Shown here piece by piece: positions 1 to 9,903 of a DNA stretch of 64,000 nucleotides. Where the stretch lies: positions 172,614 through 236,613 of the forward strand of contig DATJZP010000061.1 in the NCBI GenBank assembly GCA_035498875.1. The letters are read 5' to 3'. Numbering within the stretch: position 1 is the first letter of the stretch; every line of letters begins with the position of its first letter. A program made the translations under genes and the position numbers. The notes under the pieces were generated by a model, which was not told the origin of the DNA, did no database searches, and was given only the letters and a program-made list of their open reading frames with translations. This DNA is from Myxococcota bacterium. GTDB taxonomy: Bacteria > Myxococcota_A > UBA9160 > SZUA-336.

Positions 1-588
1 CGCCGCGTGCAGCACGTACCAGACGGCGCGAATGTCGGCGAACGAGCCGAGCGCGAGCGCCGCGCGCGGCAGCAGCAGGAACGGCGGCGGATACTCGAAT
101 GGGTCGTCGAGCCAGTCGCGCAGGTCGGGCACGGGTGAGTCGACGTCGACTTGCGCCGGACCGTGCAAGCCCCGGAACGCCGGGTACCAGCGCTCGTCGT
201 ACAGGTTCGGCTCGCCGCGCCGCGCGAGGTCGGCCGCGTGCACGTAGGCCGACATGCACTGGTGCTGCGCGGTGAAGGAGTCGGGCACCACCGAGCCCGC
301 GACCTGTTTCCAGTCGGCCATGAATTCCGAGCGCCGGGCGAGCTCGGCGGCACTCACCAGTGAGAGCGCGATCCAGACCAGCGCCAGTCCGCGGTGTCGG
401 CGCACCGAGCCGCGCAAGCGCTCCGGTAGGTGCCGCGCGAGAAACCACGCGCCGAGCGCGCAGGCAACTGCTGCCTCGCCGGCCGAGATCGCGCCCGCGC
501 GCGCGGCAACCGGGACCGCGATCGCCGCGGCGCACAGCCCCGCGAGCCCGGCGACTCCCGCGCGTTCCCAGCCCAATCCACGCCGCAC
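1..588 (-). CDS. Membrane protein of unknown function, N-terminal part; the gene runs off the left window edge
   Basis: The minus-strand frame is open from GTG at 586-588 to position 1. It is absent from the ORF track because no stop lies in the window. Third-position GC is high. My translation is VRRGLGWERAGVAGLAGLCAAAIAVPVAA...DDPFEYPPPFLLLPR. It is divergent from the TetR gene. Confidence 0.4.
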   Translation of the reverse strand, partial: MRRGLGWERAGVAGLAGLCAAAIAVPVAARAGAISAGEAAVACALGAWFLARHLPERLRGSVRRHRGLALVWIALSLVSAAELARRSEFMADWKQVAGSVVPDSFTAQHQCMSAYVHAADLARRGEPNLYDERWYPAFRGLHGPAQVDVDSPVPDLRDWLDDPFEYPPPFLLLPRAALALGSFADIRAVWYVLHAA

Positions 589-647
589 CCACGAAACGTA
601 GCTCGTGCGACAATCCCGCGCGCCGGGAATTCCAGCTGGAGAAGAAA

Positions 648-1223
648 GTGGATCAACTGCTGAGCGAGCGAGAGACGCGGATCGTGGCGACGGTGATGGC
701 ACTGGCGGAAGAGGGCGGCTTCGAGGCCGTCCGGCTGCGCGACGTGGCCGCCCGCTCTGGCGTGGCGCTGGGCACGCTGTATCGACACTTTCGCGGCAAG
801 GACGACTTACTGGTGGCGGCGCTGGCGCTCGAGGCCGAGTCGCTGGCGCTGCGCATGCGCGAGAATCCGCCCGCTGGCGCCACGGCGCTGGAGCGCGCGG
901 TCGCATTCTTCGAGGCGGCGACCCAGGCGCTGTGTCACCGCCCCAAGCTCACGCGCGCGATCCTGCGCGCCGCCTGCTCCGACGATCCCGAGCTCGCCGC
1001 CAAGATCCGCGCCTTCCACGGCTTCGCGAGCGATCTCCTGATCAGCGCGATCTGCGCGAACCCGAGCGCGACGCTCGCGAACGCCACCCCGCGCGAGGCG
1101 CGCATCAGCAACATGCTGCAGGCGGTCTGGTTCGCGGCGATGCTCGGCTGGATGAGCGCGCAGTACAAGCAGGAAGAGGTGGTCGAGCAGGTGCGCAACG
1201 CCGCCGAGCTGGTGCTCGGCTAG
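648..1223 (+). CDS. TetR/AcrR family transcriptional regulator
   Basis: GTG at 648 follows GGAGAAGAAA. The N-terminal HTH reads RIVATVMALAEEGGFEAVRLRDVAARSGVALGTLYRHFRGKDDLL. The upstream part of ORF 360..1223 is Arg/Pro-rich junk. Confidence 0.85.
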   Translation: MDQLLSERETRIVATVMALAEEGGFEAVRLRDVAARSGVALGTLYRHFRGKDDLLVAALALEAESLALRMRENPPAGATALERAVAFFEAATQALCHRPKLTRAILRAACSDDPELAAKIRAFHGFASDLLISAICANPSATLANATPREARISNMLQAVWFAAMLGWMSAQYKQEEVVEQVRNAAELVLG

Positions 1224-2368
1224 AGCGCCCCGGCCATCCGCTCCAGGATCTGGGTCAGGATCGCGCGCGAGGTCGCGAAGTTCAGCCTCACGAAGCCGCG
1301 GCCCTGCACGCCGAATCGGCGCCCGTCGGAGAGCGCCACGCGCGCCCGATTCAGGAAGAAGTCGTAGGGCGCCTCGCCGCCGAGCTCGAGCGCCGCGCAG
1401 TCGAGCCAGGCCAGATAGAGTGACTCCGGCGTGAAGTGCACCACGCCCGGCAGGCGCTTCGCCACGAACTCGGCCAGGAAGCGGCGGTTCCCGTCCAGGT
1501 AGGCGAGCACGTCGTCGAGCCAGGGCTGGCACGAGCTCCAGGCGATCTCGGTCGCGGCCAGGCCGAAGCTGCCGAGGCCCCCCCGCACGTGACTGGGGAC
1601 GCTCTTGAAGCGCTCCAGGAGCGAGTCACTGCCGAACGCCGCCACCGCGCAGCGCAGCCCGGCGATGTTGAAGCCCTTGGTGGCCGAGGTGAGCGTGACG
1701 GTGCGCGCCTCGACCTCGGGTCCGAGCGACGCGAACGGGATGTGGCGGTGGCCGGGGTAGACCAGGTCGCACTGGATCTCGTCGGAGACCACGATCCAGT
1801 CGCGCTGCAGGGCGACCTGCGCCAGTCCTTCGAGCTCGCGCCGCGTGAACACGCGGCCGGTCGGATTCTGCGGGTGACACAAGAGCAGGATGCGGGCGCT
1901 CGAGTCGGCGCTGCGCAGCTGGTCGAGGTCCAGCTCGTAGCCGCGCGGCCCGCGCACCAGCGGGTTGGTCAGGAGCGCGCGCTGTGACTCGCGCACGGCG
2001 TCGAAGAACGGCGGATACACCGGCGGCTGGATCACCACGCCGTCGCCGGGCGACGACAGCGTCTGCAGCGCGACGTAGATGCCCTGCACCACGTCCGTCA
2101 GCACCAGCACGCGGCGGGGATCGACGGTCCAGCCGAAGCGCTCGAGCGCGCGCTTGGCGAACACCGTGGGCAGCCCCTCGGGGGTGGGATTCTGCGGGTA
2201 GCCGAGGTCGTGGATCGCCACGCGCTCCGCGAGCTGCTTGGCGATCGCCGGCGCGACCGGGAAGTCCATGTCCGCGACCCAGGCTGGGATCACGTCGGCG
2301 GGATAGTCCTGCCACTTCTCGCCGCGCCGGCGGCGCAGCTCGGTCAGGTCGAGCTCGTCGAAATTCAC
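1220..2368 (-). CDS. PLP-dependent aminotransferase class I/II, MalY/PatB-like (cystathionine beta-lyase type)
   Basis: Sequence FDELDLTELRRRRGEKWQ..DVIPAWVADMDFPVAP...TSATKGFNIAGLR, including a PLP-lysine context. The GTG start at 2368 abuts the addA stop. Confidence 0.8.
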   Translation of the reverse strand: MNFDELDLTELRRRRGEKWQDYPADVIPAWVADMDFPVAPAIAKQLAERVAIHDLGYPQNPTPEGLPTVFAKRALERFGWTVDPRRVLVLTDVVQGIYVALQTLSSPGDGVVIQPPVYPPFFDAVRESQRALLTNPLVRGPRGYELDLDQLRSADSSARILLLCHPQNPTGRVFTRRELEGLAQVALQRDWIVVSDEIQCDLVYPGHRHIPFASLGPEVEARTVTLTSATKGFNIAGLRCAVAAFGSDSLLERFKSVPSHVRGGLGSFGLAATEIAWSSCQPWLDDVLAYLDGNRRFLAEFVAKRLPGVVHFTPESLYLAWLDCAALELGGEAPYDFFLNRARVALSDGRRFGVQGRGFVRLNFATSRAILTQILERMAGAL

Positions 2369-5300
2369 GCGGGCGATTCTAACGGCAGGCGCTCGCGTTG
2401 GCCGGTGCGCAGCCACACTAGCTCGAGCCGCGGCGGCGGCTCACTCGGGAAGAGACGCGCCACGCCGCGCGCGTACACCGCGAGCTGCGCGCGGTAGCGC
2501 GCGCGCGAGTCGTGGTCCGGGGCGCGGTCGGTCTTGTAGTCGGCGACGACCAGCGCGCGGTCGACGGGATCGCGGTACAAGAGGTCGAGCGTGCCGCTCC
2601 AGACACGACCGTCCGGCTCGCGGAACAAGAGCGGCAGCTCGCGCCCCAGTATCTCGACGCCGCGCAGCGCGCGCGGCAGCTCGCTCGCCAACATGGCCTC
2701 GAGGGCGGGCTCGGCCTCCGCCAGGACCTCGGCTTCGGGCGCGCCGGCCAGACGGGCGGCGCGAGTCACCGCGGCGCGCAGCAGCGCGCGGGCGGTGTCG
2801 GGTCCCTTCAGGTTCCAGCGCTCCATCAGCTCGTGCAGCGCCGTGCCCACGGCGCGGGCGCGCGCGCGGGCGGCGGCGACGCGGGCAGGCAGTGACTCGT
2901 CGCGGTCGGCGCCGGGCGCGGCGTGCTCCTCGTCTTCGGGCGCGAGGCCGGACGGGCGCTGCAGCGCGGGGCGCACGGCGGCCGCGGCGCGTTCCGAAGC
3001 CGTGCGCGTGCGCTCGAGCCGCGCGAGAGAGTCACAGGCAGCGCGCGGCAGCGGCGCTGCAGCGCTCGCGGCCGGCTCGACGAAGCTGCGCTCGAGCAGC
3101 GCTTCATCGCGAAAGCTCGCGATCAACGCGCCGAAGGTGCGCTCCGCTGCCTTCTGCGTGCGGTTCGCCACCGCGAAGATCAGACGCTCCCGCGCGCGGG
3201 TCGCGGCCACGTACAAGAGCCTGCGAGTCTCTGCGTCGTCGTGGATCTCCTCGCGCGCCTGTCTCGAGACCCAGCTCGACGACAACGCCGCGCGCGTGCG
3301 GATCGCGAGCGCACCCCGCGCGCGGTCGAAGCGCACGTCGATCCCCAGCCAGTCGCCCGCGCCCGGAGGCGTCTTGCGCGCCAGGTCGGGCAGCACCACG
3401 ACGTCGAACTCCAGGCCCTTCGCGCCGTGGATCGACAGCACGCGCACGGCGTTGCTGTCGGGCACGGGCTCCTCCGAGGCTCGGCGCTGCTCTTCGCGCG
3501 CGAGCGAAGTCACTAGGCGCACGAGGTCACGGTCGGGCGCGCCGGCCGCCCGCGCAGTGAGTCGCTCGAGCAGCGCGGACAGGTCGGCGAGCCTGCGGAC
3601 TCCGTCGCGCGCGCCTGCATGGAGCGCCAGCAAGGGCGTCTCGTCCGCCAGCGCCGCCAACACCCGATCGAGCGGCTCGCTGCGGACGCGCGCGTGCCAC
3701 TCGCGCAGGAACGCGAAGGCGCGCGCCAGGTTGGGCACGCTCCCCGGGTCGGGCCGCGCGCTGGTGAAGAGCCAGCGCCCGCCATTGCGGGTGGCGTGCG
3801 CGGCCAGCTCCGCGTCGGGCACTCCGCCGAGCGGCGAGCGCAGGAAGCCGATCACGGCCGGGCCGTCGGCAGGGTTGGCCAGCGCGCGCAGCAGCGCAGT
3901 CACTTGCTGGGAAGCCGGCTCGCGGTCTGGCTCCTCGGCCCGCCCGACCCAGACCGCGATGCCGCGCTGCTGCAGCGCGCGCACGTAGACGTGCGCGTCG
4001 CTGAGTGCCCGCAAGAGCAGCGCCACCTGGCCCGGCTGGAAGCGCCCCGCCGTCGCTTCGCCCGCGATCCAGCCTGCGATCACCTCGGCCTCGAGCTCGC
4101 GCGAGTCCCCGGCGCTGGCGGCCTCGGCACCGATCGTCCAGCGTTCGACGCGCGGCTCTCGCGCCGGCTCACGGCGCGCTTCCAGGCCGTCGTAAGTCAC
4201 GTATGCGCCGGGTGCCTCGGCGTCGGCACCCGGCGGAGGCTCGAAGCTGTGCTGGAACAGCCGGTCGAGCGGCTGCACGAGCTCGGGCCGCGAGCGGAAA
4301 TTCGCGGTCAAAACGAGCCGGGCACCGCCGTCGCCGAGGATGCGCGTGACTGCGCTCTCGTAGGCGGAGATGTCGGCACCGCGGAAGCGGTAGATCGCCT
4401 GCTTGGGATCGCCCACGATGAACAGCCGGCCGGGCGGCAGCGCTGCGCCGCGTTCAGCGGCGACCAGGAACACGATCTCGTACTGCAGTGGGTCGGTGTC
4501 CTGGAACTCGTCGAGAAACAGCACCCGGTAGCGCTCCGCGACCTCCGCGCGCACGCGCGGGTGAGTCAGCAGGAGGTCGCGGGCGAGTGCCAGCAGCGCG
4601 TCGAAGGGCAGGAGCCCGGAGCGCTTGGCCTCGCGCTGCACCTGGCGCGCGAACGGTCGCACCAGCGCCAGCGCCTCGCCGAGCAGCGCGTCGTCGACTT
4701 GGCGCAGCTTGTCGAGGGTGGGGCGGAGCTCCTTCACCAGGGCCTCGGCTTCGGGCGCCTTCTTGCTGGTCGGCGCGCTGCCTTCGAACAGGCCGCGGAT
4801 CCCGCGGCTGCCGGCGTAAGTCGCAGCCACGAGCGCCGGCTGGAAGGCTTCTCCCGATTGCAGCAGCGCTTCGAGCGGCCGACGCGCCTCGTCGAGCCAG
4901 CTCTCGGGGCCGGGCGCGATCGGCGGCCGGAGCACGCGCTCGATCCGCGCCAGCGACGCGCGCGCCCAGTCCCCGAACACGGCGGCCAGCTCCGGCAGCG
5001 GAGCGTCGAGCGCATCCTCGCGCACCGTGAAGGCAGCGGCGGCGCGCGCTAGTGACTCGAGCTCGCCCAGGCCCAGGCGCTCGAGCACCCGCGCGAAGCG
5101 CTCGCGCTGCGCGCCGTCGACCCCGTCCGGGCCGGCCAGGAAGCGCTCCCACAGCTCGTCGACCAGCTCGTCGACGCGCTCGCCGGTGTCGATCGAGAGC
5201 TCGGGTCCGACGCCGGACTCGATCGGGTGGCGGCGGAGCAGGCGCGCGCAGAAGCCGTGGATGGTCGTGACCTCGATCTCCGCGAGCCCGTGCACGCCGC

Positions 5301-5643
5301 GCCGTGCGCGTTCGGCGATCTGCGGCAGGCCGACGCGCTCGCGCAGCCAGGCGAAGGCCCGGTCGGCCTCCTTTCCCAGGTCGAGCTGCTGCGCGGCGGT
5401 GTCGGCGCGGGCGTGCTCCGCCAGCCGCACCAGTGCCGCCTCGAGCCGCCGCCGCATCTCGGCGGCGGCCTTCTCGGTGAAGGTGATCGCCGCGAAAGCG
5501 TCGTGCGCCAGCTCGCACTCCACCATCTGACACACCAAGCGCTCGACCAGCAGGCTGGTCTTGCCGCTGCCGGCCCCGGCCACCACGACCAGGTTCTCGG
5601 CGTAGCCGTGGGCGGCGCGGTCGCGGGCGGCGGAATCAGTCAT
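2365..5643 (-). CDS. addA: ATP-dependent helicase/nuclease subunit A (AddA/UvrD-type with C-terminal PD-(D/E)XK nuclease)
   Basis: The ATG at 5643 gives MTDSAARDRAAHGYAENLVVVAGAGSGKT (helicase motif I). The C-terminal nuclease motif is TLDLLYRD..ALVVADYKTD. It overlaps the addB stop by 8 nt. Confidence 0.85.
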   Translation of the reverse strand: MTDSAARDRAAHGYAENLVVVAGAGSGKTSLLVERLVCQMVECELAHDAFAAITFTEKAAAEMRRRLEAALVRLAEHARADTAAQQLDLGKEADRAFAWLRERVGLPQIAERARRGVHGLAEIEVTTIHGFCARLLRRHPIESGVGPELSIDTGERVDELVDELWERFLAGPDGVDGAQRERFARVLERLGLGELESLARAAAAFTVREDALDAPLPELAAVFGDWARASLARIERVLRPPIAPGPESWLDEARRPLEALLQSGEAFQPALVAATYAGSRGIRGLFEGSAPTSKKAPEAEALVKELRPTLDKLRQVDDALLGEALALVRPFARQVQREAKRSGLLPFDALLALARDLLLTHPRVRAEVAERYRVLFLDEFQDTDPLQYEIVFLVAAERGAALPPGRLFIVGDPKQAIYRFRGADISAYESAVTRILGDGGARLVLTANFRSRPELVQPLDRLFQHSFEPPPGADAEAPGAYVTYDGLEARREPAREPRVERWTIGAEAASAGDSRELEAEVIAGWIAGEATAGRFQPGQVALLLRALSDAHVYVRALQQRGIAVWVGRAEEPDREPASQQVTALLRALANPADGPAVIGFLRSPLGGVPDAELAAHATRNGGRWLFTSARPDPGSVPNLARAFAFLREWHARVRSEPLDRVLAALADETPLLALHAGARDGVRRLADLSALLERLTARAAGAPDRDLVRLVTSLAREEQRRASEEPVPDSNAVRVLSIHGAKGLEFDVVVLPDLARKTPPGAGDWLGIDVRFDRARGALAIRTRAALSSSWVSRQAREEIHDDAETRRLLYVAATRARERLIFAVANRTQKAAERTFGALIASFRDEALLERSFVEPAASAAAPLPRAACDSLARLERTRTASERAAAAVRPALQRPSGLAPEDEEHAAPGADRDESLPARVAAARARARAVGTALHELMERWNLKGPDTARALLRAAVTRAARLAGAPEAEVLAEAEPALEAMLASELPRALRGVEILGRELPLLFREPDGRVWSGTLDLLYRDPVDRALVVADYKTDRAPDHDSRARYRAQLAVYARGVARLFPSEPPPRLELVWLRTGQRERLPLESPA

Positions 5644-8560
5644 CGAGGTCCGCCAGCGCATAGAAGCCCCGCCCCTGGTCGCTCGTCGTGACTCGCGCGC
5701 GGGAGGGCGGATGACGGATGCGGCACGCCACCGTGTAGTCGCAGAAGCGGCACTCACCGTCCTTGGCCGCGATCGGGTAGAAGCCGCGATCGAGCAGCCC
5801 ACCCAGCTCGGACAGCGCTGGCTCGGAGAGTGTCTCGAGCTCGGCGAGCTCGCGCTCGCGCTCGATCTCGCGCTTCCGATCGCGATCGCGCTCCGGGCGC
5901 AGCGGCACGGTCAGGACCTCGGCGGTCACGTTCCCGGCGCCCGCGCCCTGGGCGGCCATGCGCGCATACAGCGGCAGCTGCAGCGCCAGCCCGCGCTGGA
6001 TCCGGGTCTTGGACAGCGGCTTCTCGAAGGAGCGTCCCGTCTTGTAGTCGCCGATGCGGAGCCCGCCATCGGCCAGCGCGACCACGCGGTCGATCGTGCC
6101 CTTCACGGCCAGGACGCTGCCGCCCACCCGGAGGGTCGCGGTGGCATCCCGTTCCGGCGCCAGACGAGTCACTCCGCGGTGCATCAGCTCCGGCAGGTCG
6201 CGCTCCAGGAAGTCGGCGAGCGCGCGGGTCACCGTGGTCAGGAACGCGCCCCAGACCGTGGGGTGCCGCTCGCTCACCCGCTTGCGTTCGGAGTCGGCCG
6301 TGGCGCTCTCGAGCGCGGCCGGCAGCATGGCGCGTGCGCGGCGCAGGGCGACCGCCGGGTCCGCTCCGGCCTCCAGCAAGCCGGCCTCGAACAGCGTTCC
6401 GTACACGGTCTCCAGCGCATGGTGGATGAACGAGCCGATCTCGTTGGCCTCGAGCTCGTCGGCGCCCGGTGACTCGAGCGGGCGGACCACCAGCAGATGT
6501 CGAAAGAACGCGCGCAGCGGACACTGACCGAGCTCCTCCAGCGCGGTCACCCGGAGCTCCGCGGGCAGCGCGAGCGCCGCCCCGACCTCGGCGTCGTAGG
6601 GCAGGGACGGGTCGCTCATGCGATCGGTGTGTGTCACGAGCGCCCGGCCCGCGCGGAACGGCGCCGCGCCGGCGGGCGCCGCCGCGGCGATGGCTTCGGC
6701 CTGGCCCGCATCGCCGGCGCACACCGCCTGCACGAGCGCGTCGCCGGCGCGCGCGAAGTCAGGAGTGAGCGACTCCCAGGTAGTCACTTCGGCCGCCAGC
6801 ACGTCCGTGCCCGGAGCGGCGAAGGGCAGCACGTGCAGCAGCGCAGAGGGCGTCTGCGCGCGACCCAGTGAGTCGCTCTCGTAGTAGGAGAGCGTCACCC
6901 GTTCGCGCGCCTGCGCCAGCAGCAGCCCGAGCAGGAAGCGCTCCTCCCGCTCCGCCCGGGCACTCACCGGAACCGGGCGCCGGCTGCGCGAGCGCAGGGT
7001 CTCGCGCAGCCCGTCGGGAAGGAACGGGTCCTCTTGCACCACGCGCGGCCAGGCGCCGTGCACGAGCCCGACCAGGAACAAGTGCCCACAGGGCAGCGCG
7101 CGCGCCTGCACGGCGTCGAGCACCTGGACCGTCCCGCCGTCTTCGGCGGCGAAGGCTTGACTCACCAGCTCGTGCAGCGCCGACTCGAAGGCCCGGTCGA
7201 GGTCCGCTCGCGTCGGCTCGCGGCTCGCCCCCGCGGCGGAGCGCACGGCGTCGAGCGCGGACACGGCCGCGAGCGCGGGGCGCACGCGTTCCGCGTTCTC
7301 CGCGCCCAGGAGCTCGGCACCCACGCGCGCGAGACACTCGGCCGCCGCCGAATACGATCGGGCCGAAGCCAGCTCCGCGGCGCCCGCGACCAGGGCGTCG
7401 AGCAGGCGCGCGAGCGCCGCGCGCTCGATCCCGGGCGACAGTGTCTCGAGCGCCGCGCGCCAGTCCTTCTCGCCGCGCACGACGCCGCCCTGGCGCGCGG
7501 CCCGCTCGCCGAACGCGGCCAGCGCGGGGACGAGATCGGGAGCAGCGCGCAGACGCCCGGAGTCGAACAGCCGCACCAGCGCTGCGCGCGGCAGGTCGAG
7601 CACGAGCGCGCGCGCGAGCTCCAGCCAGACCCGCAGCGCCGGATCGGCGATCGCCGGCCGGGTGAGCGAGGAGCTCCACGGAATGCCATAGCCGCCCAGC
7701 GTGCTCTCGAGCCAGGGCGCGTAGGGATCGAGCGTGCGCGCGACGATCTGGATCTCGTCCGGCGGGACGCCTTCGTCGGCGATCAGCCGCAGCACCTCGC
7801 GCGCCACGGCCTCGAGCTCGGCCCGCGGCGAGCGGGCGCGGCGCACGCGCAGAGTCTCCGCAGTGACCTCGCCACCCGGTGTGAGCGCGGGCTGCGCGAC
7901 CGTCTCCACCGCTTCGACCGGGAAGCGCCAGCTCCACTCTTCGCGCAGCCGCGCCGCGTACTCACTCTGGAAGTCGGGCTGGAAGAAGCGAAAGGCCTCT
8001 CCCGGAAACGACTCGGCGACCTTCTCGACCAGGTCGCCCACCGAGCCCACGAGCTCGGTCGCGCCGTGCACCTCGACGCGCGTGAACTCGCGGCGCGCGA
8101 GATGCGCCCGCGCGCCGCGCAGGGCCAGGCGGAAGAGGCCCACGCGGTCGAACAGCCCCTGCTTCTCGAGCCGCGCCAGCGCGGCCTCGAAGGCCGAGTA
8201 AGTCGCGGCGAGCTCCGAGGCGCCACCCGGCAGGGCGCTCGGCGGCACGCCGGCATCGCGCAGGTCGCGCAGGGTCGCGGCCAGCGCACCCGCCAGCGCG
8301 GGCCGCTCCGCGAGTCTCTCGCCGAGCGCGCCGCGCCCGTGCGCGCAGGCCGCGGCCAGCTCGGCGGTCGCGCTCGCGCCGAGCAGCGCACGCACCGGCA
8401 CGTCGGTCTCGGCCGCGCAGCGCTCGGCCAGTCCGCGAAACGTGACGAACTCGCGGCCGAGCAGCGCACCGGAGCCGGACTGCGCGAGCGCATGCAGCCG
8501 TCGCGCGCGCAGCACGCGCGTCGACGCGGCGATCTCGAGGACGCGCTCTACGCCACTCAC
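5636..8560 (-). CDS. addB: Helicase-nuclease subunit B (AddB-like, PD-(D/E)XK nuclease with Fe-S cysteines)
   Basis: 974 aa. The C-terminal motif is GTIDRVVALADGGLRIGDYKTG. The cysteines QCPLRAF ... GECRFCDYTVAC match the AddB iron-sulfur staple pattern. It lies directly upstream of addA. Confidence 0.8.
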   Translation of the reverse strand: MSGVERVLEIAASTRVLRARRLHALAQSGSGALLGREFVTFRGLAERCAAETDVPVRALLGASATAELAAACAHGRGALGERLAERPALAGALAATLRDLRDAGVPPSALPGGASELAATYSAFEAALARLEKQGLFDRVGLFRLALRGARAHLARREFTRVEVHGATELVGSVGDLVEKVAESFPGEAFRFFQPDFQSEYAARLREEWSWRFPVEAVETVAQPALTPGGEVTAETLRVRRARSPRAELEAVAREVLRLIADEGVPPDEIQIVARTLDPYAPWLESTLGGYGIPWSSSLTRPAIADPALRVWLELARALVLDLPRAALVRLFDSGRLRAAPDLVPALAAFGERAARQGGVVRGEKDWRAALETLSPGIERAALARLLDALVAGAAELASARSYSAAAECLARVGAELLGAENAERVRPALAAVSALDAVRSAAGASREPTRADLDRAFESALHELVSQAFAAEDGGTVQVLDAVQARALPCGHLFLVGLVHGAWPRVVQEDPFLPDGLRETLRSRSRRPVPVSARAEREERFLLGLLLAQARERVTLSYYESDSLGRAQTPSALLHVLPFAAPGTDVLAAEVTTWESLTPDFARAGDALVQAVCAGDAGQAEAIAAAAPAGAAPFRAGRALVTHTDRMSDPSLPYDAEVGAALALPAELRVTALEELGQCPLRAFFRHLLVVRPLESPGADELEANEIGSFIHHALETVYGTLFEAGLLEAGADPAVALRRARAMLPAALESATADSERKRVSERHPTVWGAFLTTVTRALADFLERDLPELMHRGVTRLAPERDATATLRVGGSVLAVKGTIDRVVALADGGLRIGDYKTGRSFEKPLSKTRIQRGLALQLPLYARMAAQGAGAGNVTAEVLTVPLRPERDRDRKREIERERELAELETLSEPALSELGGLLDRGFYPIAAKDGECRFCDYTVACRIRHPPSRARVTTSDQGRGFYALADLDD

Positions 8561-8569
8561 TCCGCTTGC

Positions 8570-9715
8570 TTAGCGCACCTTGCGGAAGAACGCGCGGACG
8601 TCCTCGACCAGGAGCGCCGGCTCCTCGAGCGCAGCGAAGTGACCGCCCTTCTCGAACACGCTCCAGTGCCGCAAGTCGAAGGCGGCCTCGGCCCACTTGC
8701 GCGGCGCCTTGTAGATCTCCTTGGCGAAGATCGCCCCGCCCGTCGGCACGTTGATGCGCTCGCCGGCCGGCCCGAAGCGGCCGGTGTGCATGGTCTCGTA
8801 GTAGAGCCGGGTCGACGACGTGATCGACTGGGTCACCCAGTAGATCATGATGTTCGTGAGCAGCTCGTCCTTGCTGAAGCGCGATTCGACGTTCCCGCGG
8901 GTGTCGCCCCAGGTCTGGAACTTCTCGACGATCCAGGCCGCGAGGCCGGCCGGTGAGTCGTTCAGGCCGTAGCCCAGTGACTGGGGTTTGGTGCCCTGGA
9001 TCTGCTGGTAGCCGGTCTCGTTCTTGGTGAAGTTTCCGACCTCGCCCATCCAGGCCAGCTCCTGCGGCGACACGCCCTCCATCGGGTTGGCGACGCCGGC
9101 GGGCGGCCCGGCCACCACCATGTTCATGTGGATGCCCGCGCAGTGACTCGGATCGATCCGGCCCACGTGCGCGGTGGCGATCGCTCCCCAGTCACCGCCC
9201 TGCGCGCCGTAGCGCGCGTAGCCGAGCGCGGCCATCAACGCCTTGTTCGTCTCGGCCACCTCCGAGATGTCGAAGCCGGGCTTGCGCGGCGCCTGGCTCC
9301 AGCCGTAGCCGGGCATCGACGGACACACCACGTGGAAGGCGTCTTCCTTCTTGCCGCCGTGCGCGACCGGGTCGGTGAGCGGGCCCAGAATCTTGTGGAA
9401 TTCGAACACCGAGCCCGGCCAGCCGTGCGTGATCACCAGCGGAAATGCGTTCGGCTCGCGCGAGCGCTCGTGGATGAAGTGGATGTCGAGGTCGCGCGCG
9501 GTCGTCTTCCAGTGACTGAACCGGTTCAGCGCCGCCTCGTGCACGCGCCAGTCGTATTTATCGCGCCAGTAGCCGAGCAGGTCGCGCAGGTACGAAAGCT
9601 CGGTGCCGTAGGTCCAGCCCGCTCCTTCGAGCTGGTCGGGCAGGCGCGTGCGCGCGAGCCGCTGCTTCAGGTCTTCGAGCACGGCGTCCGGAACCTGGAT
9701 CTGGAAGCGCTGCAT
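8570..9715 (-). CDS. Epoxide hydrolase (microsomal-type N-terminal domain plus alpha/beta hydrolase fold)
   Basis: Sequence MQRFQIQVPDAVLEDLKQRLARTRLPDQLEGAGWTYGTELSYLRDLLGYWRDKYDWRVHEAALN...ITHGWPGSVFEF. Confidence 0.85.
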   Translation of the reverse strand: MQRFQIQVPDAVLEDLKQRLARTRLPDQLEGAGWTYGTELSYLRDLLGYWRDKYDWRVHEAALNRFSHWKTTARDLDIHFIHERSREPNAFPLVITHGWPGSVFEFHKILGPLTDPVAHGGKKEDAFHVVCPSMPGYGWSQAPRKPGFDISEVAETNKALMAALGYARYGAQGGDWGAIATAHVGRIDPSHCAGIHMNMVVAGPPAGVANPMEGVSPQELAWMGEVGNFTKNETGYQQIQGTKPQSLGYGLNDSPAGLAAWIVEKFQTWGDTRGNVESRFSKDELLTNIMIYWVTQSITSSTRLYYETMHTGRFGPAGERINVPTGGAIFAKEIYKAPRKWAEAAFDLRHWSVFEKGGHFAALEEPALLVEDVRAFFRKVR

Positions 9716-9775
9716 GACTTTCTCCTCGCGGGTGCGCTATTCGAGCACCCGGTCGGGTCGGCCCGCAACTCGGGA

Positions 9776-9806
9776 GGCCCCGTCCACGGCCGCCCGTGGC
9801 GGGGCC
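9776..9806. other. GC-rich stem-loop (13 bp stem with one bulge, CCGC loop) in a divergent intergenic region
   Basis: In GGCCCCG-t-CCACGG-ccgc-CCGTGG-CGGGGCC the two arms are exact reverse complements. No T-tract follows. Confidence 0.5.
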
Positions 9807-9903
9807 GCAAGCGACGCAGTCGCGCGCAGCGAGCCGCAGGCGAGCGAATGCCAGTATGTAACGCACCGCGTGGGTCAGGCGTGGAACGTCCCGAGGAGGC
9901 GAT

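Noticed and set aside
620-640. GGAATTCC palindrome in the TetR divergent region as the TetR operator.
   Set aside because: An 8-bp palindrome is too short to distinguish from chance, and no second half-site or repeat is visible.
1220-1223. Convergent TetR and aminotransferase genes sharing overlapping stops in CTAG.
   Set aside because: The overlap is real but is a trivial consequence of tight packing. No structure or repeat is associated with it.
7034-8956. 640-aa plus-strand ORF opposite addB. Similar long antisense ORFs include 3619..5052, 12577..14088, 40249..42171, 29681..32035 and 11429..13783.
   Set aside because: Their products are Arg/Ala/Gly/Pro-rich and low in complexity. They lie antisense to genes with clear family motifs. 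This is the typical shadow-ORF artefact of 70% GC DNA.
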